DNA of 39,702 nt, from positions 1 to 39,702 of the forward strand of contig CALFBO010000023.1 of assembly GCA_937951635.1 (NCBI GenBank). Reading direction: 5' to 3'. The translations under genes and the position numbers were made by a program. The notes beneath the pieces were generated by a model. It saw nothing but the letters and a program-made list of their open reading frames with translations. It did not search any database and had not been told where the DNA came from. This document shows, piece by piece, positions 1 to 10,165 of this stretch. This stretch comes from Candidatus Saccharimonadia bacterium. GTDB lineage: Bacteria; Patescibacteriota; Saccharimonadia; Saccharimonadales; CALFBO01. The stretch's first letter is position 1, and each line of letters opens with the position of its first letter.

Positions 1-1364
1 ATCTGCCCATACATTGCTTGGGTAGAATTCGGAGAAATTAACTCAGTAATAGTTGATTTTCGACTGCGGGGCTTTTGTCGCATAACTGTTACATCTAATT
101 CACCATAAAGTGTAAGAGCAAGAGTTCTGGGTATGGGCGTGGCTGTCATCGAGAGAACATGGGGCATCATCGAGCTCTGTGTCTGTAATGTCTGCCTCTG
201 ATCAACACCAAAACGGTGCTGCTCATCAATTACCACCAATCCAAGATTTTTAAATCTAAGGTCTTTTGATATTAGTGAATGGGTGCCAATAAGAAAATCT
301 ATGTCCCCACTTTTCGCATCTTCAATAACTTGCCGTCTTTTAGCTGCTTTGCTCGACGAGGTCAAAATGTCACATGAAACACCCAACCCTTTAAGCAAGC
401 TAGATATACTTTTAAAATGTTGGCTAGCAAGAAGCTCAGTAGGTGCCATCATGGCGACTTGGTGCTGATTTTTGATCACATTTATGGAGGCAACCAAAGC
501 AACTATGGTTTTTCCAGATCCAACATCCCCTTCCAGCAATCTGTTCATTGGCGTCGGATTTGCCATATCCTTTAAAATCTGCCAGGCAGCACTACGCTGC
601 GAGTCGGTCAACTCAAAATCCAACCCCCCCACAAAACCCTTGGTGGCTGCCTCCACGAAATCAATTACTGGACTCTTTTGTGCCGAGTTTGTACTGCGAT
701 TTTGCTCCTGGGCCAACATAAGGGCAAAGAGCTCAAAAAATCCAAAATAGCTTTGGGCGGTTTTTGCTTGTTCAATATCTTCAGGAAAATGCAAAAACTC
801 AAACACTTTTGAGTGAACAGCCCCTAGACCAGGGAAGATTATGTCTTCTGGTAATGGCAAAGTCTGCCCGGCTATAAGCCCTCTCGCAGACTTAACTGTA
901 TTCCATATAACCTTAGAAGATAGTCCTTTGGTCGCAGAATAGACCGGTACGATTGAGCCACCGTCTAGAGCATCGCCCTCAAGGGGCTGAATATCTGGAT
1001 TTATAAATGCGTATTCCCTGCCAGTGAACTTGAACTCACCCGATAAGACGTATTCAACATTAGGGCTAATTGTATTTTTTCGGTAAGGCTGATTAAACCA
1101 TACAACGTTGACCTCTGCGCTTCCGTCGCTCAATTTTGCCCTGGTTACATGCCTCCCTTTTCGCCGGTAGCCTGCGTCTGCCAAATTCAAGTGCCCAGAC
1201 ACAGAACAATTACCGGGCTGCAAGTCTTTAAGCAACCCAAAAGATGCATAATCTACGTAACGTAAAGGGGCATACCACGCTAAGTCTTCAACAGTTTCTA
1301 TGCCAATTTTTCCAAATAGCAGAGCCCTTTGTGGCCCCACTCCCTTTAGTTCACTAATCTGCAT
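1..1364 (-). CDS. recG: ATP-dependent DNA helicase RecG, N-terminal ~454 codons; the 3' end runs off the left window edge
   Basis: Absent from the ORF track because it is truncated. My translation of the minus strand from ATG 1364-1362 gives MQISELKGVGPQRALLFGKIGIETVEDLAWYAPLRY. Further in, the same frame reads LEGDVGSGKTIV (Walker A, around 500-550) and VVIDEQHRFG (around 205-240). The + strand ORFs 283-468 and 472-750 are antisense shadows. Confidence 0.85.
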   Translation of the reverse strand, partial: MQISELKGVGPQRALLFGKIGIETVEDLAWYAPLRYVDYASFGLLKDLQPGNCSVSGHLNLADAGYRRKGRHVTRAKLSDGSAEVNVVWFNQPYRKNTISPNVEYVLSGEFKFTGREYAFINPDIQPLEGDALDGGSIVPVYSATKGLSSKVIWNTVKSARGLIAGQTLPLPEDIIFPGLGAVHSKVFEFLHFPEDIEQAKTAQSYFGFFELFALMLAQEQNRSTNSAQKSPVIDFVEAATKGFVGGLDFELTDSQRSAAWQILKDMANPTPMNRLLEGDVGSGKTIVALVASINVIKNQHQVAMMAPTELLASQHFKSISSLLKGLGVSCDILTSSSKAAKRRQVIEDAKSGDIDFLIGTHSLISKDLRFKNLGLVVIDEQHRFGVDQRQTLQTQSSMMPHVLSMTATPIPRTLALTLYGELDVTVMRQKPRSRKSTITELISPNSTQAMYGQ

Positions 1365-1487
1365 GCATAAAAGATAACATAGCAACACAAGAAGTTAGCC
1401 TTAAAATATGCTTTTTAAGCCCGCACCAAGCATTTGCATTCACAGGTTAAAAACGCCTAAGTCTCAGGTGAGTAAAATGCTTGAGCA

Positions 1488-1496
1488 TGCTATAAT
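1488..1496 (+). promoter_or_regulatory. Candidate extended -10 promoter (TGCTATAAT) upstream of the PBP gene
   Basis: TGnTATAAT at 1488-1496, about 94 nt upstream of ATG 1590, in the recG/PBP divergent gap. No good -35 element was seen. Confidence 0.4.
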
Positions 1497-1589
1497 CACC
1501 AATGTCAGAAAGTGTGGAAAGTTTAGCATTGCAACCAGTATGTACAGCTACACTTTATTATAGATAAATTAAGCGAGCGATTATATAAA

Positions 1590-4500
1590 ATGCCAAAAGC
1601 AAGCAAACCCAGGAAAACCAACCCTACCTCTGCCAAAAAGAAAACTGTGCACAAGCGGCGCCCAAAACAATCGGTAACTACATACAAAAATCTGCATAAA
1701 TCTGCCAAAAGCTCTAAGAACACTAGAAAAACTCACGCAAAAGCCAAATACCTTGCAACGCTACCTAAATCAAGGTTCAAGCGCTTACTGTACCGCCTAA
1801 ACCCAAGTCGGATATTTAAGTTCTGGTTCAGTAAGGATGGGCTTAAAATGGCCGCCAAGCTATCTGTAATAGGCCTGCTTATCACAGCAGTAGTAGGCGC
1901 AAGCGGCTATATGCTGATAAGGCGTGACCTGCCGAACCCTCGCGAAATAAGTAATCGTTCGGTAAACCAAACAACTAAATTTTATGACCGCACCGGGGAC
2001 CATTTGCTGTTCGAGTTATACGGTGATGTCAACAGGACTCTTGTCGAGTTTGACGAGATATCCAACAACATGAAGTGGGCAACAGTAGCAATTGAAGACA
2101 AAGATTTCTATGATCATGGTGGATACAGTGTACGAGGAACTCTCCGAGCTTTTGTTAACAACATTTTTGGCGACAATGGTACACAGGGCGGATCAACAAT
2201 AACCCAACAATTCATAAAAAACTCTTTACTTAGTAGCGAACAGACAGTCACCAGAAAGGTTAAGGAGCTCATATTGGCAACCGAACTGGAACGACTATAC
2301 TCAAAAGACGAGATACTAAGTTTTTACTTAAACGAGATACCGTTTGGGTCACTCGAGTATGGAATTGAAGCTGCAGCGCAAAGCTTTTTCGCAAAAAGTG
2401 CAAGCGAACTCACAGTTGCCGAGTCAGCGCTGCTCGCCGCCCTACCTCAAGCACCGTCATACTTCTCTCCTTATGGAGATCACACCGATGAGCTCCTGAA
2501 CCGACAGCGCACAATAATCAACCTAATGGCCGCACAAGGCTACATAACGCAAGAGCAGGCGCAACTAGAAAAAGAAGTAGACATCCTAGCCAACATTGTT
2601 CCAGCTGAAGCACGCAGCATTTACACTAATATAAAAGCGCCACACTTTGTTTTAGAAGTGCAGAAGCAGCTTGAAGAAGAATACGGGGCAAATTTTGTTA
2701 GAAATAGCGGCCTCAGAGTCATAACTACACTAGATTATGAGCTACAGGAAATTGCGGAAAAAGCGGTAAATGATAACATCGCTACAGTAGTGAATGCCCC
2801 AGGCGGCGGAGGTGGCGACAATGCCGCACTCGTTTCAACAGATGTGGAGACCGGCCAAGTGACTGCTATGGTCGGCAGTCGAGACTTCAAGTATCCAGGA
2901 TATGGCTCCTACAATGCTGCCATGGCGCTACGGCAGCCTGGCTCAAGCATCAAGCCATTTGGCTATGCCGAGCTGTTTAGCCCGGGCGCAGGAGCAAATG
3001 ACAACCGTTGGGGTCCAGATAGTTACATCTATGACGTAAAAACAACTTTTGGAGATTACACACCCAAAAACTATGAAGGCGGTTTTAAGGGCCGAATGAA
3101 AGTGCGGAATGCCTTGGGCATGTCGAGGAACATTCCGGCGGTCAAAGCTGCGTACATGGCAGGTGTAGACAACATACTAAATCTCGCCATTGCCATGGGT
3201 AATGAATCACTGGCAGGCGCCAAAGACTATGGCTTGAGTTTTATACTCGGTGCGTCTGAAGTTCGACTGGCCGAGCATGCCCATGCCTATGCAGCATTTG
3301 CTAGGTCGGGAATTGATCGTAATCAAGCATATATCTTAAAAGTTGAAAATAGTGACGGCGAAATCCTAAAAGAATGGAAAGATGAAAAAGGCGCAGAAGT
3401 ATTGAACCCCCAAGTAGCCTACCTTATATCGGACATGCTTAGCGATGACTCGGCGCGAGCAGGCGTATTTGGGTTCAATAACCCACTGTTTGTAATACCC
3501 GGCGTAACAAACGCAGTCAAAACCGGTACAACAAACTCAGATAGAGATGGCTGGATGATGGGCTTTAGCCGATACATGTCTCTAGGAGTTTGGGTGGGCA
3601 ACCACGATAATAAACCAATGGGTAGTGCCACCTCACGTCAAACAGGACCAATATTCACACAGTTCATGCGTGACTCGCACAAACTCAAAAACTTGCCACA
3701 AGTACCCATATATGACCAAAGGCCAGCAGGGATAAAAGACGTTGCCATGGACAGCCAAACAGGCTACGCTGCCACCGAAAACAGTACAGAGAAATTCATT
3801 GGAAAGTTTCCAAGCTGGTATAAACCCGAGTACGCCCAGCAAAGTGAAGCCTATAACATTGATGTAGTATCGGGCAAAAAGCCTACAGAGTGTACGCCAG
3901 CACGCGCCATAGAAGAACGCGTAGGGTCTGGCTCTTGGCCCGAACTTCCTTATTCCGACCGTTGGTATGGAATATGGGCCGCATCGGCAGGCTACGCTAG
4001 TGGAGGAACGAGTGAGCCCACCGAATCTGATGACGTACATAGCTGCTCGGATAAAAAACCGAATGTCAGCATAAGCGCTATGAAGCAATCCGATTCAATC
4101 TACAAACTTGTTGCCGACACAACACAAGGAACCCACGCCCTAAAACAACTCGTTTTTAAAGTTGATGGTCAAATTGTCAACGTCACCGATGTAAATAGCT
4201 CTGGAAAATACAGCTATACTCACGCATTTGCTTCATCTGGCGACAGGAAAGTAACTGCCGAAATAATTGACCAAGCCCTATATGACAACTCCGCGTCAAA
4301 AACTGTTAAGGTCACAGGTACATTTAACTCTGGAACGCTTTCAGTAACCAAGCCCTCCAAAAATGGCCAGGTTGACGCAGCCAACGTTGAATTTTCTTGG
4401 AGCAACATCCAACAAGCAGACAGCTATCAAATCTGTTGGGAGAAAACAAGCTCCGGATCACCAACATGCATAAAAACACAATCTACTAGCTACTCACCAA

Positions 4501-4604
4501 GCACTGGACTCGAACCAAGCAGCAACTATATTGTGTACGCGCAGGCATACCTTGGCTCCACGTTATTGCAAACTTCAGCTCCCAACAATTTCTCAACCAA
4601 TTAG
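1590..4604 (+). CDS. Class A penicillin-binding protein (bifunctional glycosyltransferase/transpeptidase, PBP1A-like) with a basic N-terminal tail and a long C-terminal extension
   Basis: 1004-aa ORF with one TM (LSVIGLLITAVVGASGYMLI). GT51 motifs: EDKDFYDHGG, GGSTITQQ, RKVKE. Transpeptidase motifs: SxxK (GSSIKPF), SxN (MSRNIP), KTGT (VKTGTTN). Confidence 0.93.
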   Translation: MPKASKPRKTNPTSAKKKTVHKRRPKQSVTTYKNLHKSAKSSKNTRKTHAKAKYLATLPKSRFKRLLYRLNPSRIFKFWFSKDGLKMAAKLSVIGLLITAVVGASGYMLIRRDLPNPREISNRSVNQTTKFYDRTGDHLLFELYGDVNRTLVEFDEISNNMKWATVAIEDKDFYDHGGYSVRGTLRAFVNNIFGDNGTQGGSTITQQFIKNSLLSSEQTVTRKVKELILATELERLYSKDEILSFYLNEIPFGSLEYGIEAAAQSFFAKSASELTVAESALLAALPQAPSYFSPYGDHTDELLNRQRTIINLMAAQGYITQEQAQLEKEVDILANIVPAEARSIYTNIKAPHFVLEVQKQLEEEYGANFVRNSGLRVITTLDYELQEIAEKAVNDNIATVVNAPGGGGGDNAALVSTDVETGQVTAMVGSRDFKYPGYGSYNAAMALRQPGSSIKPFGYAELFSPGAGANDNRWGPDSYIYDVKTTFGDYTPKNYEGGFKGRMKVRNALGMSRNIPAVKAAYMAGVDNILNLAIAMGNESLAGAKDYGLSFILGASEVRLAEHAHAYAAFARSGIDRNQAYILKVENSDGEILKEWKDEKGAEVLNPQVAYLISDMLSDDSARAGVFGFNNPLFVIPGVTNAVKTGTTNSDRDGWMMGFSRYMSLGVWVGNHDNKPMGSATSRQTGPIFTQFMRDSHKLKNLPQVPIYDQRPAGIKDVAMDSQTGYAATENSTEKFIGKFPSWYKPEYAQQSEAYNIDVVSGKKPTECTPARAIEERVGSGSWPELPYSDRWYGIWAASAGYASGGTSEPTESDDVHSCSDKKPNVSISAMKQSDSIYKLVADTTQGTHALKQLVFKVDGQIVNVTDVNSSGKYSYTHAFASSGDRKVTAEIIDQALYDNSASKTVKVTGTFNSGTLSVTKPSKNGQVDAANVEFSWSNIQQADSYQICWEKTSSGSPTCIKTQSTSYSPSTGLEPSSNYIVYAQAYLGSTLLQTSAPNNFSTN

Positions 4605-5228
4605 TTGACGAGAATTTGATAGTGGCTTAAGCACTAATTCTTCACCTGCGGCGTGCATGTTTCTTGCAACGACTTTAGCCACGAGTTTGTCGCCAACTTT
4701 ATACTGCTGAGACGATTCTAGCTTTGCGCTAGCAAACGTATTGAGCAACCTTACTTCATGAGTCAATGCCTGGTTGCTAGCTATAATTTCAACCTCCAGC
4801 CTATCGCCAACTTGAACTGAATCAGACAATTCAAAACGCACTTTACGGGGATTTATGACTCCGATACCCTGAGTCAAAGCACGCAGCTCTAGGTTGTGGT
4901 CGGCAGTGTAGAGTAGTAATGAGTTGCGCTGACAGTAATCTACCAAACTGCGATCAACACCCGCTTCAGCAGCAGGCACTTCAATAATTCTAATCGTAGC
5001 CTGAGCACTTTTCTGCAAAAGCTGCAGCTGCTTGAGTCCTCTGCGTGCTAGTTTGCGCTGAAACTTATCGGACTGGTCAGCCATTGATTGAAGTTCATCT
5101 AGAACTCCATCTGTAATCAACAAGGTATCTTTAATAAACAAGTTATTGCTCACTAGCTTCGTTAGGGTTTCGTCAATTAACCCAGAAGTGTCAACAATCA
5201 CACCTTGAATCGCCTTACTAAACAGCAT
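4593..5228 (-). CDS. PIN/TRAM domain protein (YacL-like)
   Basis: 211-aa ORF with an N-terminal PIN-like segment (IVDTSGLID ... LLYTADHNL) and a C-terminal beta-rich TRAM/OB-like part (VGDRLEVEI, VGDKLVAKV). It lies 4 nt downstream of radA, the position yacL holds near radA in Bacillus. Confidence 0.7.
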   Translation of the reverse strand: MLFSKAIQGVIVDTSGLIDETLTKLVSNNLFIKDTLLITDGVLDELQSMADQSDKFQRKLARRGLKQLQLLQKSAQATIRIIEVPAAEAGVDRSLVDYCQRNSLLLYTADHNLELRALTQGIGVINPRKVRFELSDSVQVGDRLEVEIIASNQALTHEVRLLNTFASAKLESSQQYKVGDKLVAKVVARNMHAAGEELVLKPLSNSRQLIG

Positions 5229-5232
5229 ACTG

Positions 5233-6570
5233 CTAGCCGCTCAAATATTCGTTTAGTGCCTGCCTTATAGTTGCCACCGGCCGAATGTAACTAGATTTTG
5301 GTCTAGACATCGGCCCAATAGCATACTTGAATCCAAGCTTTTTAGACTCGGCAACTCGCTGATCAGAAAACGGGACCCTTCTAACCTCACCACTTAAGCC
5401 CACTTCACCAAATACCACCGCGTCGTCTTTAAGCTGCATGCCCTTGGCAGCTGAGGCTATGCACATGCATATAGCCAAATCGGCAGCAGGCTCAACTATT
5501 CTTAAACCACCAACTAAATTTATGTGTATATCTTTATCTGATAAATCTAGCTTTGTGCGCTTAGAGAGCATTGCTACGAGTAAATTCAAGCGGTTGATAT
5601 CTAGGCCGGATGCAGCTCGCTTGGGATTGCCGAAGCTAGTTTTGTTTACCAGCGCCTGAATCTCCACCAGCAAAGGTCTCGAGCCCTCCATGGTGGCCAA
5701 AACGATAGAACCGTCACTTACTTGACGTTCGTCCAACAAGCTCGCAGAAGGGTTCTCAACAACGCTAAGTCCTGACTCCTTCATTTCGAATATTGCGCTT
5801 TGATTCGTTGAGCCAAAACGATTCTTTACACATCTAAGGATTTTGAATCCAGCATACCGATCGCCCTCGAAGTACATGACCGTATCTACTAAATGCTCTA
5901 GTACTTTTGGCCCCGCAATCGCTCCATCTTTTGTTACGTGTCCAACTAAGATTAGACACGTATCGACTGATTTTGCTGCAGCGCTGAGGGCACTTGCAGC
6001 GCCCGTAACCTGCGAAACAGCGCCAGCCGCAGACTGAATCTCTTGTAGCCTAACAGTTTGAATAGAGTCAACTATAACTACGTCAAAGTCACCCGAACTT
6101 ATCGTAGAGGCAATATCGTTAACATTTGTAGTAGAAGCGAGCTGTAATCGACTTTTGCCAGCATTAATCCTATCGGCCCTGAGCTTAACCTGGGCCATAG
6201 ACTCTTCGGCCGTTACATAGAGCACTTTTGAGCTGGCCGCTAAGTTTGAAGCAACCTGCAGCAAGAGAGTTGATTTTCCAATACCAGGCTGCCCCGATAG
6301 TAAACTAACTGAGCCTGGCACAAATCCACCGCCAAGCAAACTGTCTAAGTCAACTATTCCACTAACTAACCTATCGGCGCCGGAAGAACGCACTACACTA
6401 GAAACTAAAGTACCCGACAATGTCTTGCCGCTAGAGATATTGACACCGTCTTCGGTCGGCAACTCGGTTATAGTATTCCACTCAAGACAACTAGCACATT
6501 TACCCGTCCACTTAGTGTAGTGCGCCTGGCAGCTACCGCAAATGTATGCTGAACGACTCTTTGGGCTCAA
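5233..6570 (-). CDS. radA: DNA repair protein RadA/Sms
   Basis: 445 aa with a C4 zinc finger (CGSCQAHYTKWTGKCASC), Walker A (GQPGIGKST), the RadA-specific KNRFG motif and a Lon-like C-terminal domain. Confidence 0.95.
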   Translation of the reverse strand: MSPKSRSAYICGSCQAHYTKWTGKCASCLEWNTITELPTEDGVNISSGKTLSGTLVSSVVRSSGADRLVSGIVDLDSLLGGGFVPGSVSLLSGQPGIGKSTLLLQVASNLAASSKVLYVTAEESMAQVKLRADRINAGKSRLQLASTTNVNDIASTISSGDFDVVIVDSIQTVRLQEIQSAAGAVSQVTGAASALSAAAKSVDTCLILVGHVTKDGAIAGPKVLEHLVDTVMYFEGDRYAGFKILRCVKNRFGSTNQSAIFEMKESGLSVVENPSASLLDERQVSDGSIVLATMEGSRPLLVEIQALVNKTSFGNPKRAASGLDINRLNLLVAMLSKRTKLDLSDKDIHINLVGGLRIVEPAADLAICMCIASAAKGMQLKDDAVVFGEVGLSGEVRRVPFSDQRVAESKKLGFKYAIGPMSRPKSSYIRPVATIRQALNEYLSG

Positions 6571-6571
6571 T

Positions 6572-7543
6572 TTAGTTTGTCTCTTCCTGATAGTTGCTGT
6601 CTAGGCTCTTAACCAGGTCACTCTCTTCAACAACTAAAGCATTCCTCACTGATACTACTTCATTGTGTCTATCGACCAAGGCTTTCGTAGATTCAACGGT
6701 CTGGTTGTACCTGCTAATTAGCCTGTTAAATACAGGGACTTGGGCGTTGTAGTCTCCAATTTTGTCGTCGGCCAATAACGACTTCAGTCTCGACCTGCTA
6801 GTGCTAATTTCACCTGCCCACCCAGATAGCTGATCTTCATTCTGAGCGATTTTTGATCGTAACTCTGCAAGCTCTGTATCGTATGATGCAATTTGTGCCT
6901 CGATTTCATCGAAAACTTGTTCGTATTGTTTGGCTTTAACAACCAATGAGGCCCTGTCGGTGAAGTACCTTGAAAAATGTAACTCAAGGTCGGCTCCTAC
7001 ATCTTCAAGCTGTGTGCCGAATATTGAGTGCAGCTCATTATGTAAGTTAGCAGTTTGTGCGCCAGAGTACTCCTCGACCACTTCCAACACAGAAGGGTCC
7101 TCTACTCTAGCCATCACTAAATCAAGCTGCGAGTCTATATCCTTTTTTTCACCTGGACTTAATCTGGCATAGACAGCATGCAGCATCTCATGGGCCGCAG
7201 TCACAGGCTCAACAATCTCAGTTTTGCCTGGCTCCACGTCTAGTACAAATATATCACTACCGTTAAAGCAGCCGAGGACTAGATCGTGTTCAGGAAATTG
7301 ACAGTTCTGGTTAAAGGTGGCCTTGTCATTAAGCTGCGGCGAGGTTACGTAGAATATGTCCCTACCTTTGTCGGACATATACGAATCAACGGCAAGCTGA
7401 GCAACCTGGCTTGACGGTTCGTAACTTCTTAAAAACCACCAGTCCTTTATTTGCTGCTCATAATTCAAAAGAGTCGCGCCTACTAGAACCACGACACTTA
7501 GCACGGCGAGCTTAGATAGCATAGACTTAATTTTCATCGACAT
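6572..7543 (-). CDS. Membrane-anchored hypothetical protein with an HExxH motif and a coiled-coil-like C-terminus
   Basis: 323 aa with an N-terminal signal anchor (LSKLAVLSVVVLVGATLL), HEMLH in VTAAHEMLHAVY and a Cys pair (CQFPEHDLVLGC). The C-terminal ~130 aa are rich in E/L/Q heptad-like sequence. Its stop lies 1 nt from the radA start. Confidence 0.55.
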   Translation of the reverse strand: MSMKIKSMLSKLAVLSVVVLVGATLLNYEQQIKDWWFLRSYEPSSQVAQLAVDSYMSDKGRDIFYVTSPQLNDKATFNQNCQFPEHDLVLGCFNGSDIFVLDVEPGKTEIVEPVTAAHEMLHAVYARLSPGEKKDIDSQLDLVMARVEDPSVLEVVEEYSGAQTANLHNELHSIFGTQLEDVGADLELHFSRYFTDRASLVVKAKQYEQVFDEIEAQIASYDTELAELRSKIAQNEDQLSGWAGEISTSRSRLKSLLADDKIGDYNAQVPVFNRLISRYNQTVESTKALVDRHNEVVSVRNALVVEESDLVKSLDSNYQEETN

Positions 7544-7608
7544 TATGGCAATTTTATCATACAGCGTTGTGACTCTGTAGGCTTATCATATATTTTTAAC
7601 TGGGTTGA

Positions 7609-10071
7609 CTATTCAGGATCTACGGCAAACCCTAGCTTGCCATCTTTGAGCTTACTAACAAGCACAATATCACCCTTGCCAGCACTACCATCGAGCAGCT
7701 TGTTTGCAATCTCATCTTCCACGAGGTCCTGTATCGCCCTTCTTAAGGGGCGCACGCCATTTGCAGGGTCAAAACCTTTTTCTAGAATAACTTGCTTGGC
7801 AGCTGGAGATATTTTTAGGCCAAGATGTTGCTCTGACAAACGCTCTTCAAGATCTTTTATTTGCCTGTTCATTATATTTCTAGCTTCAAGTTTTGTTAGG
7901 GCCTTAAAAACTATCACCTTATCAATACGATTTAGTAGCTCTGGCTTCATTAGAAGATCCAGTTCTGCCAATACTGCTTCAGACTTCTGCTCATGTATCT
8001 CATCCAGCTCTTTGTCTTTGTCATGAGTTTCGGTTTTGAACCCTAGCTGCACTTCCTTTTGCAATTTTTCTGCACCTACATTCGAGGTCATTACCACCAT
8101 GGTGTTAGTAAAATCAACCCGTCGTCCTTTTGCGTCTGTTAGGTAGCCATCTTCTAGGACTTGCAACAAAATATTAAACACATCCGGATGAGCCTTCTCT
8201 ACTTCATCAAATAAAACCAGCGAATATGGCTGTCGTCTTATCTTGTCGGTAAGCTGCCCACCCTCTTCAAACCCCACATAGCCTGCTGGAGCACCAACCA
8301 AACGAGACACATTGTGTCTTTCGGACATTTCTGACATATCAATTTTTACTAGCGCATCTTCCTGTCCAAAATATTCTTTTGCCAAAACCCGCGCTAATTC
8401 GGTCTTACCGACACCGGTTGGGCCCAGAAAGATAAAGGACCCTATAGGCCTATTGGCTGCGCCAACCCCAGAACGAGATCTCCTAATTGCCTTTGAGACT
8501 GCGCTAATCGCTTCTTTTTGACCAACAATAAATTTTGCTAAATGCTTCTCAAGTTGACCAATATATTTCGCCTCGGCGCTGCGAACCTTCTTAACAGGTA
8601 TGCCGGTTATAGTTGCTATCGCATCGGCCAAATCCTCTTCGGTCAGTTCGACAGCTTTGCTACTATCAACTTCTTTTATCTCCTTTAGCTGCCTTGCAAG
8701 TTGGTTGTGTCGCAACTTAAACCTAGCGGCCCGTTCATAATCACCAGACTTGCCAGCTTCTTCCATGCGCTCTACCACTAACTTGTGCTCTCTGAGCAAC
8801 TTCCGACGCTTTGGCGAAGCCTTGCCCCGTTCTATTCGAGCAGTTGCCGCAGATTCGTCAAGAAGATCTATGGCTTTATCGGGTAAAAATCGACCATTGA
8901 TATAGCGCGAAGAAAGCCTAACTGTCTTCTTAAGTATTTCATCTTCTATAGTCACTCCATGATATTCACTGTAATGGGAGCGTAAGCCCCGCAAAATAGC
9001 CAGCGTCTCAACTTTTGTAGCCTCTGGAACTAGTATGGGCTGGAATCTCCGCTCTAAGGCCGAATCCTTTTCTATATACTTTGAGTATTCGTCGGTAGTA
9101 GTGGCGCCAATGACCTGCACCTTGCCGCGGGCCAAGGCTGGCTTGAGTATATTCCCGGCGTCAATCGCACCCTCTGCTGCTCCTGCTCCAACCAGTAAAT
9201 GAAGCTCATCTATGAACACAATAGTGCTGTCATCTTCGGACAGCTCTGCCAGTACTCGCTTTAATCTTTCTTCAAACTCGCCACGAAACTTAGTGCCAGC
9301 TATCATTGCCGCCATATCCAGACTAACTATTCGCTTATCTAGCATGCGATCAGGAACTTGTTCTGTGACAATGAGCTGGGCTAAACCTTCAATTATCGCA
9401 GTTTTTCCAACGCCCGGCTCGCCGATCAGCACCGGGTTATTCTTGGTTCGTCGGTTTAGGATGGTGATCACCCGCCTCAGCTGCGTCTCTCTGCCTACAA
9501 ATACATCTAACTCCTGTCTTGCAGCCTGCTCGGTTAGGTCTGTACCAAACGTATCAAGCGTTGAGCGCTTACTGCCCTGACGGGTCTTTGTTTTTGAGCG
9601 CCCCTCTTCAAATTCATACTGCTGCCTTGATAAAAACTGCTCTAACTCGGCGATGATTGAACCTAAATCTATGCTCATATCTCGAAGCAACACTGTGGCA
9701 CGAGCGTTCTTTTGACTCAGGATACTAAACAGAATATGTTCTGTTCCGCAATAGTCTTGACTAAACTCCTTTGCAACGTCCCAAGACATCTTTAAAGTTA
9801 ACTTTGCAGTTTCACTAAGGCCTTTAGCCTCTTTGTCCAAACTGACTCGTTTAGAGGTTAGATTTAGCGCCACCTTGGCCCTATCAAGTGTTATGCCAGA
9901 TGATTCCAGTACCTTTGAAGCGATAGATGTCTTTTGAGCTAATACCCCAAGCAGTAGGTGCTCTGTGCCGATATACGGCGCGCCAAACCCGCGCGCAATG
10001 GTATCGGCATGCCTTAAAGAGGCTCTGGCGTTATCAGTTAGAAACTCCAAAAAGTCATTAAATTCTGGCAC
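7609..10071 (-). CDS. clpC: ATP-dependent Clp protease ATP-binding subunit ClpC
   Basis: 820 aa with a GTG start at 10071. It has two Clp_N repeats ([20 protein letters not shown]), two AAA+ modules ([16 protein letters not shown]) and a UVR-like linker ([19 protein letters not shown]). Confidence 0.93.
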   Translation of the reverse strand: MPEFNDFLEFLTDNARASLRHADTIARGFGAPYIGTEHLLLGVLAQKTSIASKVLESSGITLDRAKVALNLTSKRVSLDKEAKGLSETAKLTLKMSWDVAKEFSQDYCGTEHILFSILSQKNARATVLLRDMSIDLGSIIAELEQFLSRQQYEFEEGRSKTKTRQGSKRSTLDTFGTDLTEQAARQELDVFVGRETQLRRVITILNRRTKNNPVLIGEPGVGKTAIIEGLAQLIVTEQVPDRMLDKRIVSLDMAAMIAGTKFRGEFEERLKRVLAELSEDDSTIVFIDELHLLVGAGAAEGAIDAGNILKPALARGKVQVIGATTTDEYSKYIEKDSALERRFQPILVPEATKVETLAILRGLRSHYSEYHGVTIEDEILKKTVRLSSRYINGRFLPDKAIDLLDESAATARIERGKASPKRRKLLREHKLVVERMEEAGKSGDYERAARFKLRHNQLARQLKEIKEVDSSKAVELTEEDLADAIATITGIPVKKVRSAEAKYIGQLEKHLAKFIVGQKEAISAVSKAIRRSRSGVGAANRPIGSFIFLGPTGVGKTELARVLAKEYFGQEDALVKIDMSEMSERHNVSRLVGAPAGYVGFEEGGQLTDKIRRQPYSLVLFDEVEKAHPDVFNILLQVLEDGYLTDAKGRRVDFTNTMVVMTSNVGAEKLQKEVQLGFKTETHDKDKELDEIHEQKSEAVLAELDLLMKPELLNRIDKVIVFKALTKLEARNIMNRQIKDLEERLSEQHLGLKISPAAKQVILEKGFDPANGVRPLRRAIQDLVEDEIANKLLDGSAGKGDIVLVSKLKDGKLGFAVDPE

Positions 10072-10165
10072 TATATCGACCTACCCCTAGTTTTAATCGG
10101 CTAATCTTCATAATAGTGACAATTTTAACGCATTGGCACTCACAGCACAAGAGTGCTAACTATTT

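Noticed and set aside
3633-4088. Antisense ORFs inside long genes (for example 3633-4088, 7637-8026, 9212-9580, 21656-22147, 24103-24627, 38526-38951)
   Set aside because: Each lies wholly within a strongly supported gene on the opposite strand, has low-complexity or Cys/Ser/Arg-rich composition and matches no recognisable family. They are typical shadow ORFs.
10072-10165. CtsR operator (tandem GGTCAAA repeat) or a clear terminator between nusA and clpC
   Set aside because: No GGTCAAA-type direct repeat is present. The only hairpin (GCACTC-N9-GAGTGC, 10136-10156) is 6 bp and has no U-tract on the minus strand.
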